A stretch of DNA of 61,128 bases from a virus (Duplodnaviria; Caudoviricetes): IMG/VR virus record IMGVR_UViG_3300025000_000994, positions 1-61,128 of that record; one strand, written 5' to 3'. Shown here one piece after another: positions 17,879 through 27,000 of the stretch. The position numbers were made by a program, and so were the translations under genes. The notes below the pieces were generated by a model. The model was not told the DNA's origin, ran no database searches, and saw only the letters and a program-made list of their open reading frames with translations. How positions within the stretch are numbered: position 1 is the first letter of the stretch; every line of letters starts with the position of its first letter.

Positions 17879-18580
17879 TTAGGCTGATTTTTTCAGCTTT
17901 TCAATTATATAAATCTGACCTTTAGGCGTGACTTTATAAGTTCTGTAAGTCTCGCTACCATATGGTGTGCTATATGTGCCTTGCCTCGTTTCAAACCATC
18001 CAGCATCAAAAGCTTTTTGATAGGGCTCATTCTTATCGCTCACAATTCCCCATTCTCTTAGCTTCTGCCATAAACGTTTTTCGCCGATGGCAACATTCTG
18101 CTTGCTTGCCAATTTTGCTACTTCACGGACTAACAAACTGTCGTTTGAAGCTATGCAGGTTTCGGCGAATAACACAAGAGGCTTCTGTTGTTCAAGTTGT
18201 TGAGCCTTATGCGTGTTCTCTGTCTGCAGATGTTCTTTTTCCTCTTCTGCTGCTACCAGCGCCAGCAATGCTTCTTTATAATTGGTAGGCAACTGCTTGT
18301 CCTGTTCCATTGCTAGTTCAATTAACTTTGCTCTGACAACTGCATCATACCTGGCAGCTAATTGCAGGACACCTTCTTTGGTGAGGGTGTAGCAAGGCAT
18401 TTCTTTATTCTGTTCCGTAGTGTATGAGGATAACGCAAATTTGCGTTCACCGGAAATTCCGCCTGCCTCCAGCTTTTCGGATTCATCCCTAATGTCTCTC
18501 ATAATATCCGCGTGACGTTTCCCTGTTACTTCTGCGATTTCCATTGATGTCATTTTGGTGATAATGGTTAGATTTTTCAT
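17879..18580 (-). CDS. Rha-family regulator with an ANT/KilAC C-terminal domain
   Basis: MTSMEIAEVTGKRHADIMRDIR and VTPKGQIYI. Confidence 0.85.
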   Translation of the reverse strand: MKNLTIITKMTSMEIAEVTGKRHADIMRDIRDESEKLEAGGISGERKFALSSYTTEQNKEMPCYTLTKEGVLQLAARYDAVVRAKLIELAMEQDKQLPTNYKEALLALVAAEEEKEHLQTENTHKAQQLEQQKPLVLFAETCIASNDSLLVREVAKLASKQNVAIGEKRLWQKLREWGIVSDKNEPYQKAFDAGWFETRQGTYSTPYGSETYRTYKVTPKGQIYIIEKLKKSA

Positions 18581-18660
18581 TAGCTTGTCCTCCTGCATAA
18601 ATCATTTTAAAACCTTGGTATATTTCCGACTTTCACCGGATATACTTATACTGGGGAAGT

Positions 18661-19034
18661 GCTTCGTTTACGAATCAGTGCAGTAAAAAAATATCTAGCG
18701 TGAAAATCTGATCCATTGTTATTTCCGGATAATAACTTTTGAAATATTCCTTGATTTTTAGCATTTCCGAGCGTTTGAATTCGGTTTTGCCTTTGAGTTT
18801 TAAAGATGCTGCTTGCTGTGATACGTCAAGAATTGCGGCAATGTCCTTGTGTTTCATGTTTCTGAATGCCATGAGTTTGGCGAGTTCTGGATACATTGAT
18901 TTGACCCCTTTCCTTCGTACATTAGATTCGTTTACGAATCATCTATAAATAGGTTAGCACTTTGTGGCTTTGTTGTCAACAATTTTTATTGCATTTTTAA
19001 AACATTTATATTATACTTGATTCGTAAAGTAATC
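18661..19034. promoter_or_regulatory. Genetic switch: three operators and divergent sigmaA promoters
   Basis: GATTCGTTTACGAATC at 18925-18940 with variants at 18661-18676 and 19019-19034; TTGACA-N17-TAACCT (minus) and TTGCAT-N17-TATACT (plus, 18989-19017). Confidence 0.75.
18675..18896 (-). CDS. Cro-like XRE HTH regulator
   Basis: HTH KDIAAILDVSQQAASLKLKGKTEF; divergent from the repressor. Confidence 0.8.
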   Translation of the reverse strand: MYPELAKLMAFRNMKHKDIAAILDVSQQAASLKLKGKTEFKRSEMLKIKEYFKSYYPEITMDQIFTLDIFLLH

Positions 19035-19055
19035 AAATATGAAAGCGGTGTATAT

Positions 19056-19262
19056 ATGAGTGTTTTTGCAAGAAAAATTAGACGTTTACGCGAAGAAAAA
19101 GGAATGACAACAAGAATACTTGCTGAAAAGATGGGAATATCATGTGGGCATATAAGTAAGTACGAAAATGACAAACATGAGCCTACACTAAGTGTACTTA
19201 ATAAATATAAGGAAATTTTTAACGTTTCGCTTGATTATTTATGTAATGACGAGGAGGAATAA
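19056..19262 (+). CDS. CI-like XRE repressor (68 aa, no S24 peptidase domain)
   Basis: IRRLREEKGMTTRILAEKMGISCGHISKYEN..FNVSLDYL. Confidence 0.85.
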   Translation: MSVFARKIRRLREEKGMTTRILAEKMGISCGHISKYENDKHEPTLSVLNKYKEIFNVSLDYLCNDEEE

Positions 19263-19264
19263 TC

Positions 19265-20449
19265 ATGGCACGGCCTAAAAAACAGAACGACAAGCCATTA
19301 ACACGTAATCCTAATGGAATGGGCAACATTTATAAAAGACCTGATGGCAGGTATGAATGGAAGCAGATGGTTGATGGTGAGGTGCGGTACGAATCAGATA
19401 TAAATCTGTCTGAACTAAGAAGGAAAATAAAGAAACAAACAAACATAGGCATTAATAAGGATAAAACAAAATTATTTGAATGGATAGCCTACTGGCTTGA
19501 AAACTATGTTCAGCCTTATAAAAAACCTTCCACGTACAATAACTACAAATTCGCTTACGAAAAGTACATCAAAAAATATATGAGAAATGTCCAGCTAAGG
19601 CATGTTACAAAGATGGATGTTCAAAAAATGATAACAGACCTAATTAATGATAAGTATTCACCGTCATTAATAAAGAATGTTCGCAAGGCTTTAAGTGCTG
19701 CATTTATTTCAGCAAATGAGGAGGAACAGATCGTTGACTTCAACCCAACCAGAGACACTAAACTGCCCAAAGGCAGAACCCCTACCCGAAAAACTTTGAA
19801 ATTAGAGGAGCTAATTGCAGTTATTAATAAGTTTAAGACATCAAGGTGGTTATATGCTATCTTATTTATGCTTGCTACAGGATTGAGAAGGGGCGAACTA
19901 TTAGCCGTAAGATGGTCTGATATTGACTTTAAAGAAAAGCGTATCGGCATAGAAAACAATCAAACTCAATACGGGATTGACACGCCAAAAGACAATGAAT
20001 ACCACTATGTGCCGTTAACAGATCACGCCGTGGCCTATTTGTCTGGATGGAAAAACCAGCTTCAAAAGGAATACAACCCAGCCATATATCACAAAGTTGA
20101 TACTATTTTTGTATCAAAAAGTGGACAACCCTTACGACCTTCAAGTTTTAATAACACACTGGCAAAGCGCAAATTTGATTTTAAAGTAACGCCACACATG
20201 TTCCGGCATACCTTCGTATATCTCTCAAAGGGCAAAATAAGCCTGAGTGAATTGCAGGAAGCATTAGGACACGACCAGTCAACTACTACATTGGATATAT
20301 ACGGTCTTATGCTCGCTGATACTGTTGCTGTTGCTGATAAAATTGAAATAGCATACAAAGAATTGGATGAAGCTATGAAGGAAAATAAAAAGAAAAAGCA
20401 GGAAAGTAATGTTGTAGATTTCACACAAAGAAGATTAGCAAAACAATAA
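19265..20449 (+). CDS. int: Tyrosine integrase
   Basis: N-terminal arm-binding GNIYKRPDGRY; catalytic TGLRRGE, HMFRH, LGH and DIYG. Confidence 0.95.
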   Translation: MARPKKQNDKPLTRNPNGMGNIYKRPDGRYEWKQMVDGEVRYESDINLSELRRKIKKQTNIGINKDKTKLFEWIAYWLENYVQPYKKPSTYNNYKFAYEKYIKKYMRNVQLRHVTKMDVQKMITDLINDKYSPSLIKNVRKALSAAFISANEEEQIVDFNPTRDTKLPKGRTPTRKTLKLEELIAVINKFKTSRWLYAILFMLATGLRRGELLAVRWSDIDFKEKRIGIENNQTQYGIDTPKDNEYHYVPLTDHAVAYLSGWKNQLQKEYNPAIYHKVDTIFVSKSGQPLRPSSFNNTLAKRKFDFKVTPHMFRHTFVYLSKGKISLSELQEALGHDQSTTTLDIYGLMLADTVAVADKIEIAYKELDEAMKENKKKKQESNVVDFTQRRLAKQ

Positions 20450-20717
20450 TTATCGTAAAATTATCGTAATTTTGATGGATTTTTTAAAAGTGTAATTTCT
20501 GAGATAGGCTTGTATGTAGTGCTGTAAGGTTTGATATGGTATGAAGTAGTATTAACCCGCTGAGTTAATCCCCCGACATTATGCCGTTTTGTTAATAACA
20601 ATATAACACAATGTACAAGCCATTTACAAGCCCTGTTTCGTAAGTGAATCACCTATATTCTGTAAATTGTATCCTCAAAAATTATCGGTTAATTATCGGT
20701 TTTTCGTAAAATTATCG
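20448..20717. other. attP-like site (hybrid junction between the two prophages)
   Basis: Arm-type AATTATCG repeats on both sides (20448, 20459; 20680, 20691, 20710) of the core ATTAAC-CCGCTGA-GTTAAT (20551-20569). Confidence 0.75.
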
Positions 20718-20937
20718 GTGGCGCAAGTACAGAAATATGTTCTATAAGTTCTAGGGTGAGTTCATCAATTTTTAAAAATATCACTTTTGCTTCTTGGGAT
20801 AGCATTGGTAGAATTTCTCTTTCTAGTGCAAGAATTTCTTGGTTAAGGTTAACGCACCGTCCGTCATTTGCGATTATTTCTTCACATCTCTTTTGTAAGA
20901 ATTCTTGAAACGCTTGGCTGTTTAAAATTTCGTTCAT
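20689..20937 (-). CDS. Putatively SOS-regulated 82-aa protein
   Basis: RBS AAGGAG; promoter overlapped by a LexA box. Confidence 0.7.
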   Translation of the reverse strand: MNEILNSQAFQEFLQKRCEEIIANDGRCVNLNQEILALEREILPMLSQEAKVIFLKIDELTLELIEHISVLAPPIILRKTDN

Positions 20938-20969
20938 ACTGAATTCTCCTTCTGCTAATTAATTTAGTC

Positions 20970-21013
20970 CGAACATTTGTTCTTATTTTACTCCCTCAAT
21001 TACTGGATTGCAA
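20970..21013 (-). promoter_or_regulatory. SigmaA promoter with LexA (Cheo) box
   Basis: TTGCAA-N17-TAAAAT followed by GAAC-N4-GTTC (20971-20982) over the expected +1. Confidence 0.75.
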
Positions 21014-21218
21014 TACCAATAATATTATTATAATCCGTCCATAGACTCATTTACAATAATCTATAAGCCTATATAATCCGACATAATTTGCACAATTGTT
21101 CAGTGAGATTGCTTGTGAGAATAGATACAATAAGGCGTGTAAAATATTCGACAAAATATGATGTTACAGAAATTTAATTCTTTAAATAAATTACAGCAAA
21201 GGCAGACGTACGTAGGCG

Positions 21219-21419
21219 TTAACGCTTTAACGATATTATATCGCCTATTTCGACCTTTAGATGGCGTGCAAGAATTTCAAGAGTTTCAAGATGTATGTAT
21301 TCATCTTTATTAATCTTAGCAAGGGTTGTATGGCTTATTCCGGTTTCAATTTCAAGCGTTTTCATTTGTATTTCTCTTTCGGATATAATGTTTCTCAACT
21401 TTTTGTATGTTATCGCCAC
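21219..21419 (-). CDS. XRE/HTH_26 regulator
   Basis: ITYKKLR..GISHTTLAKINKDEYIHLETLEILARHLKVEIGDII. Confidence 0.8.
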   Translation of the reverse strand: MAITYKKLRNIISEREIQMKTLEIETGISHTTLAKINKDEYIHLETLEILARHLKVEIGDIISLKR

Positions 21420-21569
21420 TCAACGCACCCCGAAAGCCATTATATATTAAAATTCCAGCTTTCTTGCATAAATTCCAGATATCTTGCGTGTATTGTTTTT
21501 TTAACAATAGAAAACTTTTTATATTGCACACTGTAAATTAATGTTATATGATGGTGCAGGGGTGATGGT

Positions 21570-22463
21570 ATGGAAAATGAAAGAAAATTAAAAGCAACGC
21601 ATTATGGCACATTAAAAATAGGAGAAAAAGAGTTGAACTGTGCAGTGCTCGAAGATGGAACTAGAGTATTGTTTAAGTCGGCTATTTTTAAAGCTTTTGG
21701 TCGCACTAAAAGAGGCAGAACGAAGAATGAAGTTAGGGTGCTCAACATGCCTAGTTTTATTGATGCTAAAAACCTGCAGCCATTTATGTCAAAGGATTTA
21801 AGGGAGATGCTCATAAATCCTGTTAAATATCGCGCAAAAGGCAAAGATATGGAAGGATACCGCGCAGAAATTCTGCCGCTGTTATGCGATGTGTATTTAA
21901 GTGCCAGACAAAAGGATGTTTTAACTCCTAGCCAACAACAGCTTGCGGTGGTGTCAGAAATACTAGTTCGCAGCCTTTCTAAAGTCGGCATAGTTGCCTT
22001 GGTGGATGAAGCAACTGGATATCAGTATGATAGAGCTAGAAACGAATTGCAGCAGATTTTAAAAGCATACATTAGCGCTGAATTACTTCCGTGGACAAAA
22101 AGGTTTCCTGATGAATTTTATCAGCAATTATTCAGATTGCATAAATGGCAGTATAATCCTTTGAGCATTAAGCGCCCTGGGTATGTGGGAAAATTGACAA
22201 TGGAACTTGTGTATAACCAATTGCCCTCTGGAGTTGCTGAAGAACTCAAAAAAGTTACACCAAAAAGCGAGTCTGGAAATTATACAAAACGGCTTCACCA
22301 GAGTTTGTCTCTTGACATTGGCAACGAGCATCTTAAAAAACAATTGTATGAAGTAATTGCATTAATGAAAATATCTCCAAATTGGCGTACATTTAAAGCT
22401 TATTTCAATAAAGCGTTTGGCGGTCAATTGGAAATGGATGAAACAATAGAACTGGATAATTAA
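21570..22463 (+). CDS. P63C-domain protein
   Basis: VGIVALVDEATGYQ..LLPWTKRFPDEFYQQLFRL. Confidence 0.85.
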   Translation: MENERKLKATHYGTLKIGEKELNCAVLEDGTRVLFKSAIFKAFGRTKRGRTKNEVRVLNMPSFIDAKNLQPFMSKDLREMLINPVKYRAKGKDMEGYRAEILPLLCDVYLSARQKDVLTPSQQQLAVVSEILVRSLSKVGIVALVDEATGYQYDRARNELQQILKAYISAELLPWTKRFPDEFYQQLFRLHKWQYNPLSIKRPGYVGKLTMELVYNQLPSGVAEELKKVTPKSESGNYTKRLHQSLSLDIGNEHLKKQLYEVIALMKISPNWRTFKAYFNKAFGGQLEMDETIELDN

Positions 22464-22548
22464 AACACTGTTTTGTTTACTTTTATATTATCACTTTACA
22501 TTCTTAAGAAGCCTTCACAGGCTTTTTCATTTTTGTTATAATATCCCC

Positions 22549-22755
22549 ATGAAACTATTTACTTGTGAAACAATCGAACAATGGAATATCCTCTCCGCTA
22601 AACTCCACAAGTACGGCTATAGACCGTGGCAGTATCAATATGGATATTGGTGTGAAGAGGGGTTACATGTGTGGTTTTGGAAGGCTGGCAAAGAAGATAT
22701 TGAGGTGATCACGCATAGTGAGGAAGTACATAAGGCGATATATAAATTTGAATAA
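22549..22755 (+). CDS. Small aromatic-rich hypothetical protein
   Basis: TGtTATAAT lies just upstream of the ATG (possibly leaderless). Confidence 0.5.
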   Translation: MKLFTCETIEQWNILSAKLHKYGYRPWQYQYGYWCEEGLHVWFWKAGKEDIEVITHSEEVHKAIYKFE

Positions 22756-22800
22756 AAAAATAAACCCCCGGCATAGCGGTCGAAACCGTTACACCGAGGG
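22753..22800 (-). terminator. Intrinsic terminator after the lysis cassette
   Basis: CCCTCGGTGTAACGGT-TTCG-ACCGCTATGCCGGGGG followed by a U-tract. Confidence 0.8.
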
Positions 22801-22846
22801 CAAGGAGGAAGGCCCGTAAAGGCAATATCATTAATCTGTGGAGTTG

Positions 22847-23044
22847 TCAAAACGAAGTTTTATTTGTCGGATTATTAAGCAGCCCGAATAATACGCCAAG
22901 CTGCAGCACCCCTGCAACAACATCACCAACCATACCAGTGTCTATACCATACTTTGCCCATATGCCAGTGATTTGTCCTATACTGATTATCTGTGCTACT
23001 ACTGCCCCCCAAAAAACTGGGCTTCTAAACCTATTCTGTGTCAT
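22847..23044 (-). CDS. Holin
   Basis: QNRFRSPVFW, two TM helices, LNNPT. Confidence 0.85.
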   Translation of the reverse strand: MTQNRFRSPVFWGAVVAQIISIGQITGIWAKYGIDTGMVGDVVAGVLQLGVLFGLLNNPTNKTSF

Positions 23045-23592
23045 ATTAATTTTTCTCCCTTCAAATATTTATATATTCCATTTGCCAATCTTACTGCTAT
23101 TGAATTAAACTCATCATGAATCCATTCAGCCTGTTTCATTTCATCGTGGAAACTTACTTCTAAAATTGCTGATACCGCCAATGTCTGGTTTAATGCTCCC
23201 AGATCAGTACGCTTTCTTACTCCTACATCAGCGGTAGGCGTGAGGCTAGCAAGTTCATTATACAAGTATGTCGCAAGGATTTTACCCTTATCCGACACAT
23301 ACAGTGCCGAGCAACCTTTTGCGTATCCTCCGGCATCGCTGTGCAATTCGATGTGATAGCCTTTGCCACCATTAGCCTTGATAAACTTGTTTGAGAGTGC
23401 TATACTTGCCTTTAAATTGCCACTGTCTGTCCCTGTATTCTGCTTGGGTACTAAGTACACGTTTAACCGCTTATCCACGCTCAGAATGGCGTGTAGGCTT
23501 TTGGCTATAGTGTACATGTGGTCTTGCTCTGTATCACCCAGTTTACATTTGTTGTTCCTTTGCTGTGAGTAGGCTATTACTAGATTTATCAC
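23041..23592 (-). CDS. Endolysin, N-acetylmuramoyl-L-alanine amidase (Amidase_3), no cell-wall-binding domain
   Basis: TEQDH, IELHSDA, RTDLGAL and ILEVSFHD. Confidence 0.8.
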   Translation of the reverse strand: MINLVIAYSQQRNNKCKLGDTEQDHMYTIAKSLHAILSVDKRLNVYLVPKQNTGTDSGNLKASIALSNKFIKANGGKGYHIELHSDAGGYAKGCSALYVSDKGKILATYLYNELASLTPTADVGVRKRTDLGALNQTLAVSAILEVSFHDEMKQAEWIHDEFNSIAVRLANGIYKYLKGEKLI

Positions 23593-23885
23593 TTTGCCAC
23601 CTCTTTCATTTCGCTGATTTTGTGCCATGCTGATTTCAACGATTCCTCTGTTTTTGTTACCCTGTCACACAGTTCATAGTGCCGTAATTCGCCCGTTTCC
23701 TGCTTGCGCTTCAGGTCATCGACACCGGACTTTATATATCCGATGTCACTCATTAATGTGCCATTGTTTTTACTGTTGTCAGCAACCTCTTTTTTTGTGC
23801 CACGCTGATAGCCCATGTAGCCGAACAAAATGCTGCATATTGTCCCGACTATACCAATTAAAACAACTATGTTAACATTCTCCAT
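23589..23885 (-). CDS. Lysis-associated membrane protein (XhlA/holin-like)
   Basis: N-terminal TM plus coiled coil, overlaps the endolysin start. Confidence 0.65.
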   Translation of the reverse strand: MENVNIVVLIGIVGTICSILFGYMGYQRGTKKEVADNSKNNGTLMSDIGYIKSGVDDLKRKQETGELRHYELCDRVTKTEESLKSAWHKISEMKEVAK

Positions 23886-23917
23886 CTTGCACCGCCTTTC
23901 GTTGTGTGATAATATTG

Positions 23918-24008
23918 ATAGACCTTCCTTTGTTAGCGCACCGCCGACAAAAGGAAGGCAAAGTAAGAGCCGGTTGGAGTTTCAGTCCTTCCGGCTCTTG
24001 GGATTTTA
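23918..24008 (+). ncRNA. Candidate two-hairpin sRNA or terminator pair between virion and lysis genes
   Basis: TGtGATAAT upstream; hairpins CCTTCCTTTGTT/GACAAAAGGAAGG and AAGAGCCGG/CCGGCTCTT. Confidence 0.4.
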
Positions 24009-24015
24009 TTTAAGC

Positions 24016-27000
24016 TTAAAACAGTTCCTTCTTTGCGTATTCGTACGCATCATCGGCAAGTTTTTTCAAGGCTTTTGCCCTTGCTTCATTATTCGATTTC
24101 CCGTCTATCCTTTTATTGAAGTTATCGCTGTAATACTTACCAGAAATCTTTTGCCATTCTCGTTTTTGTTCTGCGGTAAGTTTTACCTTATTACCTTCTC
24201 TTGTGAAATCATCTGGCGCAAGCTTTGGGAATACTGTCTTATCATCTGTAGCCTTGTAAACATTGTATATGCGTTTCATGGTTACATTGGCCTTTTCTGT
24301 ATCACCAAAATATCCCGGACTAATAAACTGTTCAAATGCTCTTGCCAATGTGCCACGCCCTTGTGACTGCTTCTGTTCTTGCCCTAGTGTGTCAATCTTC
24401 TTAGGCAATGTCATACTTAACCCAGGGATCCTTGCTAACTGTTTATTTACTGTTTCACCTATTCCAGTATCTGCAGATGTATCTCTTACATATGGATCGA
24501 TTGTTTTTGCTACTTGTGAGCCGAGAGTAGGGGTAATAATGTTTGCTGTATTGAGCGCACTGTTTACAACTCCTGAGATTGGATTATAAGTATTCAAAAA
24601 TCTTGTTAAACTCTGCATCATACTTTGATTGAAAAACGTATTGCCGTACCCTTGTAAGGCTGCATTTAACTGTTCAGAAAAGTTATCCTTATTCATTCCG
24701 GAATAGTACGCGTCTGCTCCTGCCGCCAATACAGAACCTACCGGCTGCGCCCAATCAAAAGTATATGACTTTCCATCCACTACAAAGGAATATGAGTTAA
24801 TTCCCATCAATCTTTCAAGTGCCGCAACATCTTTGTCACTGTCTGTCTTACCTTTAATAATGCCTTTGCTTGCGGCTGCATACCCTAATAATGCAAGTCC
24901 TGTACCCGTCAAGCCTCTTGCAATATTATCCACAAAGTATTTTTGATTGAATACCGTTTTACCAGCTTTAGAGTATGCACCGTGTCCGATAGCTTTCGCA
25001 AGCCCGGCGGGAGAATATTCGAGTAACTTGTTGAGGATATTAGCAGGAGTCTTTGAGAACGGTATAATACCATTCATAATAAATCCCCACGCATCTTTTA
25101 ACCCTTGCGGAGCTTTAGCAGGTGGCGTTTTCAATGCTTTAAACACTTGTGCAATTCCGCTATCGTTTTGGAATACTCTTTCAAGTGCATAGTCGTTCGC
25201 CATATCCATCATTTCCTGTGTGACTTCTTTAGTTTTCCCCAGTTTTAACAGGTCACTGATACGCTCGTCATATGCAGCTTGGTAGAATGGCCTATCACCC
25301 AATTGAAGCATCTGCCCTACTAACTTGTCAGCTTTGTTCAATGCCCTACCTAAGAGTTTGTTATTGTCAAATACGTCCCTTCTCGGCATTTCAAGCATAC
25401 CAACTGTCGGTGATGTGTCAACTCCTGCTTTAATATCCTTTAATGCTTCACCTAATCCCTCCCCGCCTCCTTTCAATTGTGCTTTTAACCTTCCCGCACT
25501 TGGCAATGCTGTTGTTCTGTCACTCTTGCGAATAGCGGAGGTTACCTTGTCCACCATTGCACCAGGAAGATCCTTAATAGTTTCAGCGATATTCATAATG
25601 ACGTTGCCTGTAGGATTTCTAATTAACAGTGTTTTGGGATTCAATAAATATGATACTCTCTGTAGTCCTCTGAACTTATCAACCAATGTCGGAGGTATTT
25701 TATTGCTCATTATCTGCATAACCTTGTACCATGCTTCTTTAGCTTCCCTTGAACCCGGAATAGCACTTTTATACTTATCCATATAATCAGCAATAGCCTT
25801 AATATCGCCATCTGTCAAATCAGGCACATTGTATTTCCTTTTTACCTGCGACAATATCTTGTCGTAGTCTGCTTCCTTACCTTCCTTCTTTGCCTTGTCA
25901 AAAATTTCTCCCGCTTCTTTTTTAACCTTGTCCATCAATTTAGGATTTGTCTTTTTAATCCCATCCTCAATTTTGTCAACAACCTTTTGTGTAGAAGCGA
26001 TGACGCCCTCTTTTGTCCGCGTATACTTTGCAAATGCCTGTACGCCTCGTCCCTGTGTTCTTCCTGCTTGTGATACACCCTTTGCTGTTTTGCGGATATT
26101 GGCAATGTCCGTATCCGACAAATCAGTTTTATTGGACAGGTCATGTAACAATTCCATACCTACATTAACATCATCTTGGTTATATTGTGTCCTTGACAAG
26201 TCCTGTATGCGCTTCAATTCACCTTCCGCATCTGCATTTATTTTTGTTCTTGCGGTTTCAAGCTGTTGTTTTTCGGTAAGCGGGTCATAACGAAAATCAT
26301 CTTCATCGAGCAAGTTCTTGACTTCCTGTGGAATAGCATCCGTGTTCTTTAAAGTGTTAGAATAAACCTTGCTTAACCCTTCCAGTTTCTTTTTAGCCGC
26401 AAACAACTGCAAATTAATCTTTAACAGCTTATGTCCATCCTTCTCCACACTCTTTGCATTTTCCAGTTCTACAACCATTTTACCCAATTCATCCTCTGTA
26501 TCCGGCAACCTTGCCGTAACCTGTTCAACATACTTTTTTTGTGCGGTTGTCTTAGGGGAATAGTCGGTTACATCAGCTGTCTTAGCAAGCGTTTCCACAT
26601 TCGGAGTCGTGACATCCTGTACGCCATTCTGAACCACTTCATTTGCCGTAGGTGTGTTTACCTTCATAGATTGCGCTTCTGTCTCAGCAGTTCCATCAGC
26701 CGCTGCAATAGTCCTTCTAATGGTTTGCTCTTCGGGTACTGGTTTAGGTTGAACAGCTTTCTTTTTATGGTTTTCTTCCGCTTGCCTAGCCACTTCTTGT
26801 ACTCGCTGTTTGGCTATTTCTTCATTACTAAGTTTTGGCGTGTTTACTTGCTCTGCTTCTATTTTTGGCTGCACGGCTTGCGTAGGTTGTGCAATAGGCT
26901 GTTCCGCTTTAATATCATCCGCTACCCCTGCTACCTGCTTAACTGTATTCTTCGCAAGCATAGCCTGTTGTCTCTCGCCTACCAACTTGACAAATTCTGT

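Larger units (their letters stand above)
1..20569. mobile_element. Prophage A (partial): early/replication region, lysogeny switch and integrase
   Basis: Co-oriented minus-strand phage early genes (RusA-like, MTase, initiator, RecT, antirepressors), divergent cro/cI and integrase ending at an att-like core. Confidence 0.9.

Noticed and set aside
20556-20574. Complete tRNA gene at the att core
   Set aside because: Only about 19 nt match a tRNA 5' end; no anticodon or T arm follows
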